A DNA stretch of 64,000 nt from Candidatus Parcubacteria bacterium (lineage in GTDB: Bacteria > Patescibacteriota > Minisyncoccia > Sungbacterales > SURF-37): assembly GCA_003599755.1 (NCBI GenBank), contig QZJO01000009.1:86140-150139 (forward strand), given 5' to 3'. Under the pieces are notes generated by a model. The model was not told the DNA's origin. It did no database searches and saw only the letters and a list, made by a program, of their open reading frames with translations. The stretch's first letter is position 1; each line of letters starts with the position of its first letter. This document shows, piece after piece, positions 1 to 8,230 of the stretch. The position numbers were made by a program, and so were the translations under genes.

Positions 1-612
1 TTCGATCACAAATTCTTTTCTTCCTAATGCATCATATAACGTACGGACGCTCCAGCCCTGAGGGTACATAATCTCAAACCCGTACTCCTCGTTGTGATAG
101 GTCTCCCAAGTAGAAATATCCTCTCGGCGCTGAATTGTCGGCACCAAGAGATCGAAAACCTTTAAAATTTCAGGGTCAGTACTTAACGACCAGATTTGGA
201 AACGTGAATCGCATCTGGTGTATTGAACAGTTCGCGCAGAACAATCACCCGTCTGATTGCCTCCGATTTCAATAAACTCGAAGTTTTCTATGTTCAGGTG
301 TGGGCTAATGATAAGACCTGCCTCAACAGGTTCCTCCCCACGAATCTGCATCCCCGCTGACTGATACATAGCTGGCTGAACAATCCAAGTGGGAGGATAC
401 TTGAAAGCCAATTTCCATTTCTCGGACTCGTAGGTTTTCCAAGTGAAAACATCCAGCGCTGCTCGTTCGGAATCCTGTACCTCAGGATGAACATTGAAAC
501 CACTGAGCAGATATACCGTGCTTGCCAAGATAACCAGCGCTGACACGAGCAATGTCTCGCTCATGCCGTTGCTGCGGATCTTGCTCCCCCTTGATCCCGA
601 ACGGGCAGACAT
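1..612 (-). CDS. Membrane-anchored protein with two PsbP-like 'WxTY...F..YP..W' repeats (3' end runs off the window)
   Basis: Manual translation from ATG 612: hydrophobic segment LLVSALVILASTVYLL, then WKTYESEKWKLAFKYPPTW and, in the same frame, WETYHNEEYGFEIMYPQGW. Not in the ORF track. Confidence 0.7.
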   Translation of the reverse strand, partial: MSARSGSRGSKIRSNGMSETLLVSALVILASTVYLLSGFNVHPEVQDSERAALDVFTWKTYESEKWKLAFKYPPTWIVQPAMYQSAGMQIRGEEPVEAGLIISPHLNIENFEFIEIGGNQTGDCSARTVQYTRCDSRFQIWSLSTDPEILKVFDLLVPTIQRREDISTWETYHNEEYGFEIMYPQGWSVRTLYDALGRKEFVIE

Positions 613-614
613 AG

Positions 615-800
615 CTAGGGCTCGAGGCCTCCGGAAAACGCCTCTCGTTCGGCGAGCGCATTGATCTCACGGATCGCTTCGGATGCTTTATAAAGAAGAA
701 ACACCGTGACCGAGATCGCGATCACCGCCAATACAAGCATATGGAGTGATGACCGGATATCGATCCGGATGAGGACGAGATTAGGATTTTGGGTACCCAT
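615..800 (-). CDS. Small single-pass membrane protein
   Basis: 61-aa ORF with one TM helix; -10-like TAGGAT 6 nt upstream of the ATG. Confidence 0.55.
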   Translation of the reverse strand: MGTQNPNLVLIRIDIRSSLHMLVLAVIAISVTVFLLYKASEAIREINALAEREAFSGGLEP

Positions 801-855
801 GAACCTATCCTAACACAGCCAAAAATCGAGATATCCTCAGGAGAGTCGCGGAAAC

Positions 856-1041
856 CTAATTGCAGCACGATACGACAAACCCGCACTCTACGCAGAATTG
901 TTTCCGCCCGCTGGACCAATGCAAGCGCGCAGCACACGCCGGGCATGCGTTTAGACACGATTCGTCGTAGCAAATAGAATGCGGATGCCCCGGGTCCGGT
1001 CGGTCTTCATGCCGAACGGCGTATGCCGCCGCCTCGGTCAT
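856..1041 (-). CDS. Small zinc-ribbon protein
   Basis: CPAC-x13-CVEC plus C-terminal CC; ATG 1041 overlaps the stop of the upstream ORF (ATGA). Confidence 0.55.
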   Translation of the reverse strand: MTEAAAYAVRHEDRPDPGHPHSICYDESCLNACPACAARLHWSSGRKQFCVECGFVVSCCN

Positions 1042-1157
1042 TGATGCTCGCTTTTGATCTTGCTGCCGAGCGTGCACAGCTGGTTAAGCGCGGACTTCGC
1101 TTCTTTGGCCACAGCACCGAGCTCTGCTCTGGTGCTGGACTGCGCTTCGCTATTCAT
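1038..1157 (-). pseudogene. 39-aa ORF ending in a diverged duplicate of the transketolase C-terminus
   Basis: EAKSALNQLCTLGSKIKSEHQ* aligns with the tkt end EAKEALHQLRTLGGKITGEHE*. Confidence 0.6.
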
Positions 1158-2031
1158 GCTCACCCGTTATCTTTCCTCCCAAGGTACGGAGCTGGTGCAA
1201 CGCTTCTTTCGCCTCGCCCGGCTTAAACACCTTCGAATGCCACGGATACGAGAATTCCATGAAATCAACGCCCTTGCCCGGAATATTGTGCGCGATGATG
1301 AGAACGGGCTTTTCGTAGACCGCGTCGGCGGTATCGAATGCGTTTACGATCTCCGGAAAACTATGGCCGTTGATCTCAATCACGTGCCAATTGAACGCCT
1401 CGTATTTTTCGCGCAGCGGCTCGAGCGGCATGATGTCCTCGGTCATGCCATCGATCTGGATATTATTGCGATCCATGACCGCGGTGAGATTATCGAGCTT
1501 GAGCTTTCCGGCAAGCATTGCCGCTTCCCAGATATTGCCCGCATCCTGCTCGCCATCGGACATCAAACAATACACATTGATCCGCGGGCCGGATTCTTTT
1601 TTCTTTTTCGCCTCCATTTTCGCCGCGATCGCCATGCCGACCGCCTGCGAGAGTCCGGAGCCGAGCGGCCCGGAAGTCGTTTCAAGGCCCGGCAACGCGG
1701 TGCGATGCGGGTGGCCCTGCAGGCGCGTGCCGAATTTGCGAAGCGTCTTCAGTTCTTCGACCTGGAAATACCCGGAGCGCGCGAGCGCCGCGTAGAGCAC
1801 CGGGCAAATATGTCCGTTGGAAAGCACCACGCGATCGCGATCCGGCCAGTCGGGATTCTTCGGGTCGTGCCGGAGTACGTGAAAATAGAGCGCGGTAAAA
1901 ATGTCGGCCATGCCCAGCGGCCCGCCGACATGGCCCGATCCGGCGCCTACTACCATTTCGATCACATCCTGCCGGATGCGATTGGCCAGCGCTTCGAGCT
2001 CTTTGATTTTCGCGTCAGTGAGATGCGGCAT
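1150..2031 (-). CDS. tkt: Transketolase, N-terminal (TPP-binding) subunit
   Basis: SGHVGG, DRDRVVLSNGH, LQGHP, SGPLGSG and SDGE..GNIWEA motifs; 293 aa is the size of a split N subunit. Confidence 0.93.
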   Translation of the reverse strand: MPHLTDAKIKELEALANRIRQDVIEMVVGAGSGHVGGPLGMADIFTALYFHVLRHDPKNPDWPDRDRVVLSNGHICPVLYAALARSGYFQVEELKTLRKFGTRLQGHPHRTALPGLETTSGPLGSGLSQAVGMAIAAKMEAKKKKESGPRINVYCLMSDGEQDAGNIWEAAMLAGKLKLDNLTAVMDRNNIQIDGMTEDIMPLEPLREKYEAFNWHVIEINGHSFPEIVNAFDTADAVYEKPVLIIAHNIPGKGVDFMEFSYPWHSKVFKPGEAKEALHQLRTLGGKITGEHE

Positions 2032-2053
2032 CGCTCTCGCGATGATGGATTTC

Positions 2054-3649
2054 TTACAGTTTCAATATATTTTCGATCCAGCTGAAGAATCCGGAGAAAA
2101 ACGACGCCGTGGCGCGAGTCGCCGGCACGTTTGCCTCGGCAAGCGTTACGGATGATGCGCCGCCGGCAGGCAATCCCGGAACGCCGTAGCCATTCGCCCA
2201 GTCATCCGCATCAAGGCCGCTCGTTCCCGCGGAATTTCCCGACCATAGAAAATCATTTTCCGCGGAGGCATCAACGGATGATATCGGCCCGAGCGCAGTC
2301 CAGCCGGCATCGCCCTCCAACGCGACGCCGATGCGGTCGCCCGCGTCCGCTCCCGCCACGTTGGCGCGCAGCTCGAAATACCGCGTCGTGCCGGCCGGAA
2401 TCACGATCGCCTCCGCGTCGTCCAGGATGTTCGGATTGAAATATAATTCCACCTGCTGGCCGACCGGCCCATTCGATACCAGTGGTCCGAAATTCAACCG
2501 TCCGCCGCCTACGAACGCGGGATTGGAATACGAGCTATCGGCGTACGCGTATATTCGGGGCTCGGTGACCATAATATCGTCGGCAGTGCCTTCATCGCCG
2601 AAGATATCGAAGTCGAACGTGAACTTATAGAGTGAAATGCCGCCCTGCGGCCCCGCGGTAATCGAGAAACGATACAGATGCCGATCGCCATTCTGCAGCG
2701 TATTCGTGGGTACGGGCAGAACAGTAATAACCGGTACGGATTTGAAAATCCGCGCGCCGGGGGCATCGGTCGCCATACCCGCGGCGTGCGCGCGCCGAGA
2801 TGACGATTGCCCCACCGCATAATTGAGCGCCGGCGTGTTGTCCCAATTGACCGCTACCAAATTTCCCGCTTTGAATGCAGCCGACCCCGCCGCTGTAATA
2901 TCCCCCTTTATCGTAACGATTTTCGAGCCATTTTGGGGTATCGCAAGCCCGCTGATCCGAACCAGCATGGCGCGATCATCGGATGTCGGCACCACCTCGC
3001 CTACTTTGATCGCACCGTCCCATACATGCATCCGATCGAATGAGCGCGAACCGGTCACCCAAAACGCGAGCTGCTCAACCTGAAGAGGTTCGCTTCCCGC
3101 AGAAAGCGTCAGCGCGAGAAATTCGGCATTGGCAGTACCCGCGGCAAGCGCGCGATACGCCGGGCTGGATGGAGCGATGCTGACATTGAATTGCCCCGCC
3201 GCGGGCGGCGTCGGCGACGGGAGCGGCGGTACCGTTGGCGAAATAGCGCCATCGACGATAATGCGTACGACATCAGCATCAACGACCACGCGCGCATCGG
3301 GCTTCGCCGGCATGCCCCGGTATACGACTCCCGAAAAATTCACCATCGCCCCATTCCGGACGCTTGCGAATGCGGTAGGCTTCCCTTCCGTATTGATAAA
3401 CTCGGTCTCATCATTGACGCGGACTTCCCAATGCACGCTCGAAATCCCCCAACTCGAATGCGCTTTGAAAATAAAACCAGCGGGAAAAACCTCCGAGACG
3501 ATCGCGCCTCGCGCAAGCACCTTCTCATTCCGCTCGATATGCACTTCCTGCCGGATGCCGATGCCGCCAACCTGGGCATTTGCGATGCCGAGTGCCGTCA
3601 CCGTACCGAGAATCGCGATCGCCATCGCCCGAAGTGCATTCTTTCGCAT
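2054..3649 (-). CDS. Secreted/surface beta-rich protein (S-layer-like)
   Basis: Signal peptide, Pro-rich linker, Gly/Ala/Thr-rich beta domains; 531 aa. Confidence 0.7.
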   Translation of the reverse strand: MRKNALRAMAIAILGTVTALGIANAQVGGIGIRQEVHIERNEKVLARGAIVSEVFPAGFIFKAHSSWGISSVHWEVRVNDETEFINTEGKPTAFASVRNGAMVNFSGVVYRGMPAKPDARVVVDADVVRIIVDGAISPTVPPLPSPTPPAAGQFNVSIAPSSPAYRALAAGTANAEFLALTLSAGSEPLQVEQLAFWVTGSRSFDRMHVWDGAIKVGEVVPTSDDRAMLVRISGLAIPQNGSKIVTIKGDITAAGSAAFKAGNLVAVNWDNTPALNYAVGQSSSRRAHAAGMATDAPGARIFKSVPVITVLPVPTNTLQNGDRHLYRFSITAGPQGGISLYKFTFDFDIFGDEGTADDIMVTEPRIYAYADSSYSNPAFVGGGRLNFGPLVSNGPVGQQVELYFNPNILDDAEAIVIPAGTTRYFELRANVAGADAGDRIGVALEGDAGWTALGPISSVDASAENDFLWSGNSAGTSGLDADDWANGYGVPGLPAGGASSVTLAEANVPATRATASFFSGFFSWIENILKL

Positions 3650-3727
3650 ACTATTCCTCGCTATTTGATAGGTTTTATATCTTCCAGAATAGCCGGAAAC
3701 ACCGACGGCCGATAGAACAGTTATCCC

Positions 3728-4357
3728 CTATGCGTGGGCTAGTTCTCTAATCGCCATCTTGGGACTCGGATGGCTGAAAATATAATTGCCGGCCACGAGC
3801 ATATTCGCACCGGCTCTGACGCACTCGCGGGCGATGGCCGGCGTGATACCGCCGTCCACTTCGATATTCGCTTTGGGAAACGCTTGGCGCAGATGTTTGA
3901 TTTTCGAAAGATTGTGCCGGTCGAATTCCTGCCCACCCTTGCCCGGCGGCACGGCGAGAATCTGCAACAGCGCGAGCCGGTCCGCGAACGGCTTGAGCGC
4001 AGTCCACGACGTTTGCGGCGCGACCGAAAACCCGAGCTCAATTCCGCTTTGCCGGCATTCTCGCGCGATAAGATCGAAATCATGCGTCACTTCGTAATGC
4101 ACGATTACCCGATGCACCGGTTTGATGAGCCAGGCCTCTATCCGCTCTTCGGGCCGGTCCTCCATGAGATGAATCTCGATATGGCATTTGGTCTGGAAAC
4201 CAACGAGATCCAAGGGTTGATGCCAGAGCGTATTGGGCGTGAACGTGCCATCAGCGACATCGAGATGCACCCAATCTACATATGGCTCCACGAGCCGGAT
4301 TTTTTTCACGGCCTCGTCCCAGGTTTCGGCATTGATGGCGGGGAGGATCTGAGCCAT
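3728..4357 (-). CDS. rpe: Ribulose-phosphate 3-epimerase
   Basis: HLDVADG.F.PN, EIHLM, PGKGGQ.F and IEVDGGI motifs; start taken at MAQILPAI. Confidence 0.93.
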   Translation of the reverse strand: MAQILPAINAETWDEAVKKIRLVEPYVDWVHLDVADGTFTPNTLWHQPLDLVGFQTKCHIEIHLMEDRPEERIEAWLIKPVHRVIVHYEVTHDFDLIARECRQSGIELGFSVAPQTSWTALKPFADRLALLQILAVPPGKGGQEFDRHNLSKIKHLRQAFPKANIEVDGGITPAIARECVRAGANMLVAGNYIFSHPSPKMAIRELAHA

Positions 4358-4358
4358 A

Positions 4359-4523
4359 TCAACAATAGCCGTCTGCAAAATAATCACAAGCGATAATACC
4401 GAGGTAGATTAGAACCATCGCCATGATAATCGCGCCGATGAGATGTAATTTCGATCGCACCGCAAGATTGTTGAGCCATCTTCGAATGGCCGGATGGAAA
4501 AATTCTGAAAAGGGTTCTCGCAT
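4359..4523 (-). CDS. Small membrane protein
   Basis: 54-aa ORF filling the rpiB-rpe gap, with a C-terminal TM helix. Confidence 0.5.
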   Translation of the reverse strand: MREPFSEFFHPAIRRWLNNLAVRSKLHLIGAIIMAMVLIYLGIIACDYFADGYC

Positions 4524-4527
4524 AGAT

Positions 4528-4980
4528 TTAGCCGGAGCGCGTTTCGACTTCTCGAATTTTTTTAAGCCGCCGTTCGTGGCGTTCCGCGCCGCTGAAAGAC
4601 GATGCGAGCCATGCATCCGCGATCACTTCGGCATCGTGCTTGGAAAGCCAATCCGCGGGAAGAACGAGTACGTTCGCGTCGTCATGCTCACGAGATTGGC
4701 GCGCGACCGATTCATTCCAACAGAGTGCCGCCCGGATGCCCTTATGACGGTTCGCCACAATATCCATGCCGTGCCCCGAACCGCACAAGAATATGCCGAC
4801 GCGATCCTCTCCTATGAGTACCTCTTTGGCCCCCTCCGCGGCGAAATCTACGTAATCGTCCGTGGCCTCATAGGTTTCAGCGCCGACATCGATGAGATCG
4901 TGCCCGGCCGCCGCAAGATGGCCCTTCAATTCCTCTTTGAGTTTGAATCCGCGATGGTCCGCGGCAAGAATGATCTCCAT
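4528..4980 (-). CDS. rpiB: Ribose-5-phosphate isomerase B
   Basis: ADHRGF.LK, DYVDFA, CGSGHG, NRHKGIRAA, REHDDANVL and RHERRL motifs. Confidence 0.95.
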   Translation of the reverse strand: MEIILAADHRGFKLKEELKGHLAAAGHDLIDVGAETYEATDDYVDFAAEGAKEVLIGEDRVGIFLCGSGHGMDIVANRHKGIRAALCWNESVARQSREHDDANVLVLPADWLSKHDAEVIADAWLASSFSGAERHERRLKKIREVETRSG

Positions 4981-5019
4981 GCACTAATGACGCAATGACG
5001 AACGACTTAATGACCCGCC

Positions 5020-6144
5020 CTATCCTCCGATTTCATTATACGATACCGCGGCGCGCGAATTCATGCGGATGCTTTGCAAAATGCCCACGCCGGCCAGAAT
5101 CGTGACCAAGCTCGATCCGCCATAGGAAATGAACGGCAAGACGATCCCGGTGACCGGCAGCATGCCGAGGTTGATCGCCAGATGCACGAGCGTCTCGGCG
5201 AACAAGAACGATCCGAATCCAAGCACGAACAAGCGCGCGAAATTATCCTCGGCCTCCCGGCCGATGCGCACGAGACGCCAGAAAAACAGGCCGAAGAGGC
5301 CAAGCAGCAAGAGCGCGCCGATAAACCCCGTTTCCTCGGCGAACGCCGCGAAAATAAAATCGGTCTCGGCCTCGGGCAAAAAATTCAGATGCGACTGGGT
5401 TCCGTATCCGATCCCCTTGCCCATAAGCTCGCCCGAGCCGGCCGCGATCATGGCCTGGATCGTATTGTAGCCCGCGCCTTGGGGATCGACCCAAGGATCT
5501 AAAAAGGAAGTCACGCGAAGCTTCTGATACGGCTCCATGAACCAAAACCATGCCAAGAGCGCAACTACGATGCCGGTCGCGCCAAACAGGAGGACATGCT
5601 TCAACTGGATTCCGGAAAACGCGATGACCGCAAACCATACCGCCAACAATATCAGTGCCGAGCCCATGTCCGGCTGCAGGAGTACGAGCACGACTGCCGC
5701 GCCCACGTAGATGCCCGAGACGATCAGATGCCGCATCTGCCCGATCTCGATATGCCGCCGCGAAAAATATTTTGCGAGTAGGAGCACGATCACGAGCTTC
5801 GCAAGCTCGACCGGCTGAATGGAGGCGCCGCCGAACTGAAACCAGCCCCGAACCCCGCGGGTCTCGGGCGCGAACAAGAGCAGCCCGACGAGCAGTACCA
5901 GCGTTCCTAAATACAATACGGCTAAGAAGCCCCCGTGATTCCGGAATATGCGGTAGTCGAGCGACGCGCATACGGCAAACGCGGCAACGCCAACAAGTGC
6001 CCAGATGAGCTGGCGCCAAAACAAATTCGAGCCGGCCGGCGAATAGCTCCAGACCGCAAGCAGGCCTACGGCGACCAAGAGGCCGGTAATGCCAACCAGC
6101 GGCCAGTCGGCATAGCGGATCAACCGTTGCATTGCATGCGTCAT
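5020..6144 (-). CDS. rodA: SEDS family peptidoglycan polymerase RodA
   Basis: IQPVELAK, LQPDMGS, GAGYN..QA..A.GSG, LPEAETDFIF and LPFISYGGSS motifs. Confidence 0.92.
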   Translation of the reverse strand: MTHAMQRLIRYADWPLVGITGLLVAVGLLAVWSYSPAGSNLFWRQLIWALVGVAAFAVCASLDYRIFRNHGGFLAVLYLGTLVLLVGLLLFAPETRGVRGWFQFGGASIQPVELAKLVIVLLLAKYFSRRHIEIGQMRHLIVSGIYVGAAVVLVLLQPDMGSALILLAVWFAVIAFSGIQLKHVLLFGATGIVVALLAWFWFMEPYQKLRVTSFLDPWVDPQGAGYNTIQAMIAAGSGELMGKGIGYGTQSHLNFLPEAETDFIFAAFAEETGFIGALLLLGLFGLFFWRLVRIGREAEDNFARLFVLGFGSFLFAETLVHLAINLGMLPVTGIVLPFISYGGSSLVTILAGVGILQSIRMNSRAAVSYNEIGG

Positions 6145-6148
6145 AAAA

Positions 6149-6916
6149 TCAGCGCGGTAATAGCGACGGTGAACGGGCCTCGATCAGCATCGCGCCGACC
6201 GATTGAGCAATAACGCTCGGCCATCGGAACGTGATGGACGCAGAATCGCCGGAGCGCAACTCTTCGAGTTCGCGCGCGTTGGCGGCGATGAGATTCCCCT
6301 GGGCGTCGAGGATCAGGACGTATACCGTCAAATCGCGCACCGCATCGAGCGATCGATTTTGCGCGATGGTCGTCACCTCGCTTTGCGGGAATCCGCGCAC
6401 GTCGGTAATGCCGTATGCGCGATTTCCCGCAACCACGTCCGGCCGCACGGCATCAACGACCATCCAATCGGCTTCGCCGATAACCAGATCAATCTGCCGG
6501 ACCGTATCATCCACCGGAATACCGAATTCCAAAAAATGCGCGGTTTCGCCGGGGTATAAATACGACTGGCCTTTGCGCGTGGCGAGCACCGCGCCCGCGG
6601 CATCAAAGAACCGGAATTCATAATTAACGCGTCGCGCTCCGACGCGGACATTCGGATTGCGGACTTCGGCCGCGGCATCCACGACGCCGGAGCGGCTCGG
6701 CACCGCGCGGGCCCAAAGCACCTCCACGGGTTTGCGGTTTTTCAGTTCACAGGGCGCGCATGATCCGCCGCAGTCCACTCCTTCTTCGTTCTGATTCCGC
6801 CGGCCGTCGGTGCAGGTCGCTTCCGAAATGCCCTGGAAAAATAAAAATCCGACGCCTGCCAGGATCACGGCCAGGATTGAAAACGCGATAAATTGCCGTT
6901 TTGTCCGATAATCCAT
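6149..6916 (-). CDS. Membrane-anchored protein with Cys-rich CxDG..N..E.GVDCGG.C..C motif and Ig-like domains
   Basis: N-terminal TM followed by CTDGRRNQNEEGVDCGGSCAPC. Confidence 0.75.
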   Translation of the reverse strand: MDYRTKRQFIAFSILAVILAGVGFLFFQGISEATCTDGRRNQNEEGVDCGGSCAPCELKNRKPVEVLWARAVPSRSGVVDAAAEVRNPNVRVGARRVNYEFRFFDAAGAVLATRKGQSYLYPGETAHFLEFGIPVDDTVRQIDLVIGEADWMVVDAVRPDVVAGNRAYGITDVRGFPQSEVTTIAQNRSLDAVRDLTVYVLILDAQGNLIAANARELEELRSGDSASITFRWPSVIAQSVGAMLIEARSPSLLPR

Positions 6917-6985
6917 ATCCCCCTCATCCGTATGCCTGGCTCCAGTATACCGGTTCTCGGCTCCGACCGGAACTTGCCGAAAACG

Positions 6986-7010
6986 AAAAATCCCCTCCAT
7001 CGAGGGGCTT
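6986..7010 (-). terminator. Intrinsic terminator after 5S rRNA
   Basis: Minus strand: cccctc-gatg-gagggg followed by attttt. Confidence 0.6.
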
Positions 7011-7061
7011 CGCGATTACCCAGCACCTCCCGCTTCTATTTAAAACACCGGAAATTTTGTA

Positions 7062-7179
7062 TGCTGGCCTACTCTACTTTCCCAGGGACGCAAGGTCCCA
7101 AGTATCATCGAGCCCCTGCGCTTTCACGGCTCTGTTCGGAATGGGAAGAGGTGGGACACGCAGGGATAAAAGACCAGCA
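7062..7179 (-). rRNA. rrf: 5S rRNA
   Basis: Minus strand contains CCACCUCUUCCCAUUCCGAACAGAG..GUGAAA and GGAAAGUAG; helix I tgctgg/ccagca is extended by the precursor stem 7044-7067/7174-7197. Confidence 0.95.
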
Positions 7180-7247
7180 AACAAAATTTCCGGTGTTGGG
7201 GTTCGGAACCTACCCGCCTGTATTTTGCAAAGCAAAATTCTGGCGGG

Positions 7248-7273
7248 ATCTGACAACATGCGCGGGCAAAACC
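7248..7273 (-). other. 23S precursor processing stem, trailer arm (pairs with leader 11141-11166)
   Basis: 26-nt inverted repeat atctgacaacatg(c/t)gcgggca(a/g)aacc; both differences are G.U pairs on the - strand. Confidence 0.8.
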
Positions 7274-7291
7274 AATTCGTGTCCCGCTTCG

Positions 7292-7392
7292 CGAGCCACC
7301 GCGGATGGTCGCGGATGAAACGCTGATCAGCGCAGATACGAGACCGTATCCGCGAAATCCGCGTAGGAATCCGCGTTAATCTGCGGCGTCTC
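7292..7392. repeat. Imperfect hairpin built from CGCGGAT/ATCCGCG units in the 23S-5S spacer
   Basis: cgcggat, cgcggat, cgctgat, cgcagat mirrored by atccgcg x3 and atctgcg. Confidence 0.7.
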
Positions 7393-7537
7393 ACTATGTG
7401 AGACGCGTCGCCCCTTCGGGCGGGAGTACATCGGCCGATTAGTACCGCTCGGCTCAAGCGCTCACGCGCCATACACCTGCGGCCTATCAACGTGATCATC
7501 TCTCACGGGCCTGATAACGATACCTAATCTTGGGGTG

Positions 7538-7570
<33 letters not shown>

Positions 7571-7712
7571 CGTCCGAACATAGCTACCCAGCGATGCTCC
7601 TGGCGGAACAGCTGGTACACCAGAGGTTCGTTCATCCTGATCCTCTCGTACAAAGGACGACGCCCCGCAAGTATCAACGCCTGCAGTAGATAGGAGACCA
7701 ACCTGTCTCACG

Positions 7713-7983
7713 CATCTACACGCGTATTCCTACGCGGATTGGACTATATCTTCATCCTTCCGCTCGCGCGGGATGGGATGGCTGACGTGTAGTCTCTACG
7801 GGCTCCGCAACAGTAAGCGGATTCCCTCGGTATTGTCCGGTCTGGATTCTACCGAAATCAGTCAGCTGGCCTCGCGATATTCCTACCGCGAGCCGCCGTG
7901 AATAATGTCTTAACCTCGGGCTCAAACCGTTCATGCGCCAATCATCCGTTTGATTGACATCGCGATGCGCGATTAGCGCATCA
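7713..7983 (-). mobile_element. Group I intron in 23S at E. coli-equivalent U2593, no homing endonuclease ORF
   Basis: Interrupts AAACCGU|CGUGAGAC; ends in omega-G; P3 gcugac/gucagc; R element GUAGAGACUA; S element AAGAUAUAGUCC; IGS UUCACG-GCGG (7893-7902) gives P10 and P1 with a U.G pair. Confidence 0.92.
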
Positions 7984-8116
7984 ACGGTTTGAACCCAGCT
8001 CGCGTACCTTTTTAATGGGCGAACAGCCCAACGCTTGGGAGCTTCTCCACCCCCGCGCTAAGGTGAGCCGACATCGAGGTGCCGAACTGCGCCGTCGCTA
8101 TGGACGCTCGGGCGCA

Positions 8117-8156
<40 letters not shown>

Positions 8157-8169
8157 TTTGGCCTTGTTC

Positions 8170-8230
8170 TAGTAAGTAGCACATACCCACATCTCGACCC
8201 CGAAGGGTCGAAAAGTGAATACACACCATA
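8170..8230 (-). other. ~55-nt insertion in the 23S helix 88 region
   Basis: Extra sequence between conserved flanks, containing the hairpin ucgaccc-UUCG-gggucga. Confidence 0.7.

Noticed and set aside
1054-2085. Long + strand ORFs opposite tkt, secA, secD, murB, E1-beta and others
   Set aside because: Antisense shadows of GC-rich genes with no recognisable motifs.
4984-5016. Short AATGAC-type tandem repeats between rodA and rpiB
   Set aside because: Only about four degenerate units with no mirrored arm; too little to support a claim.
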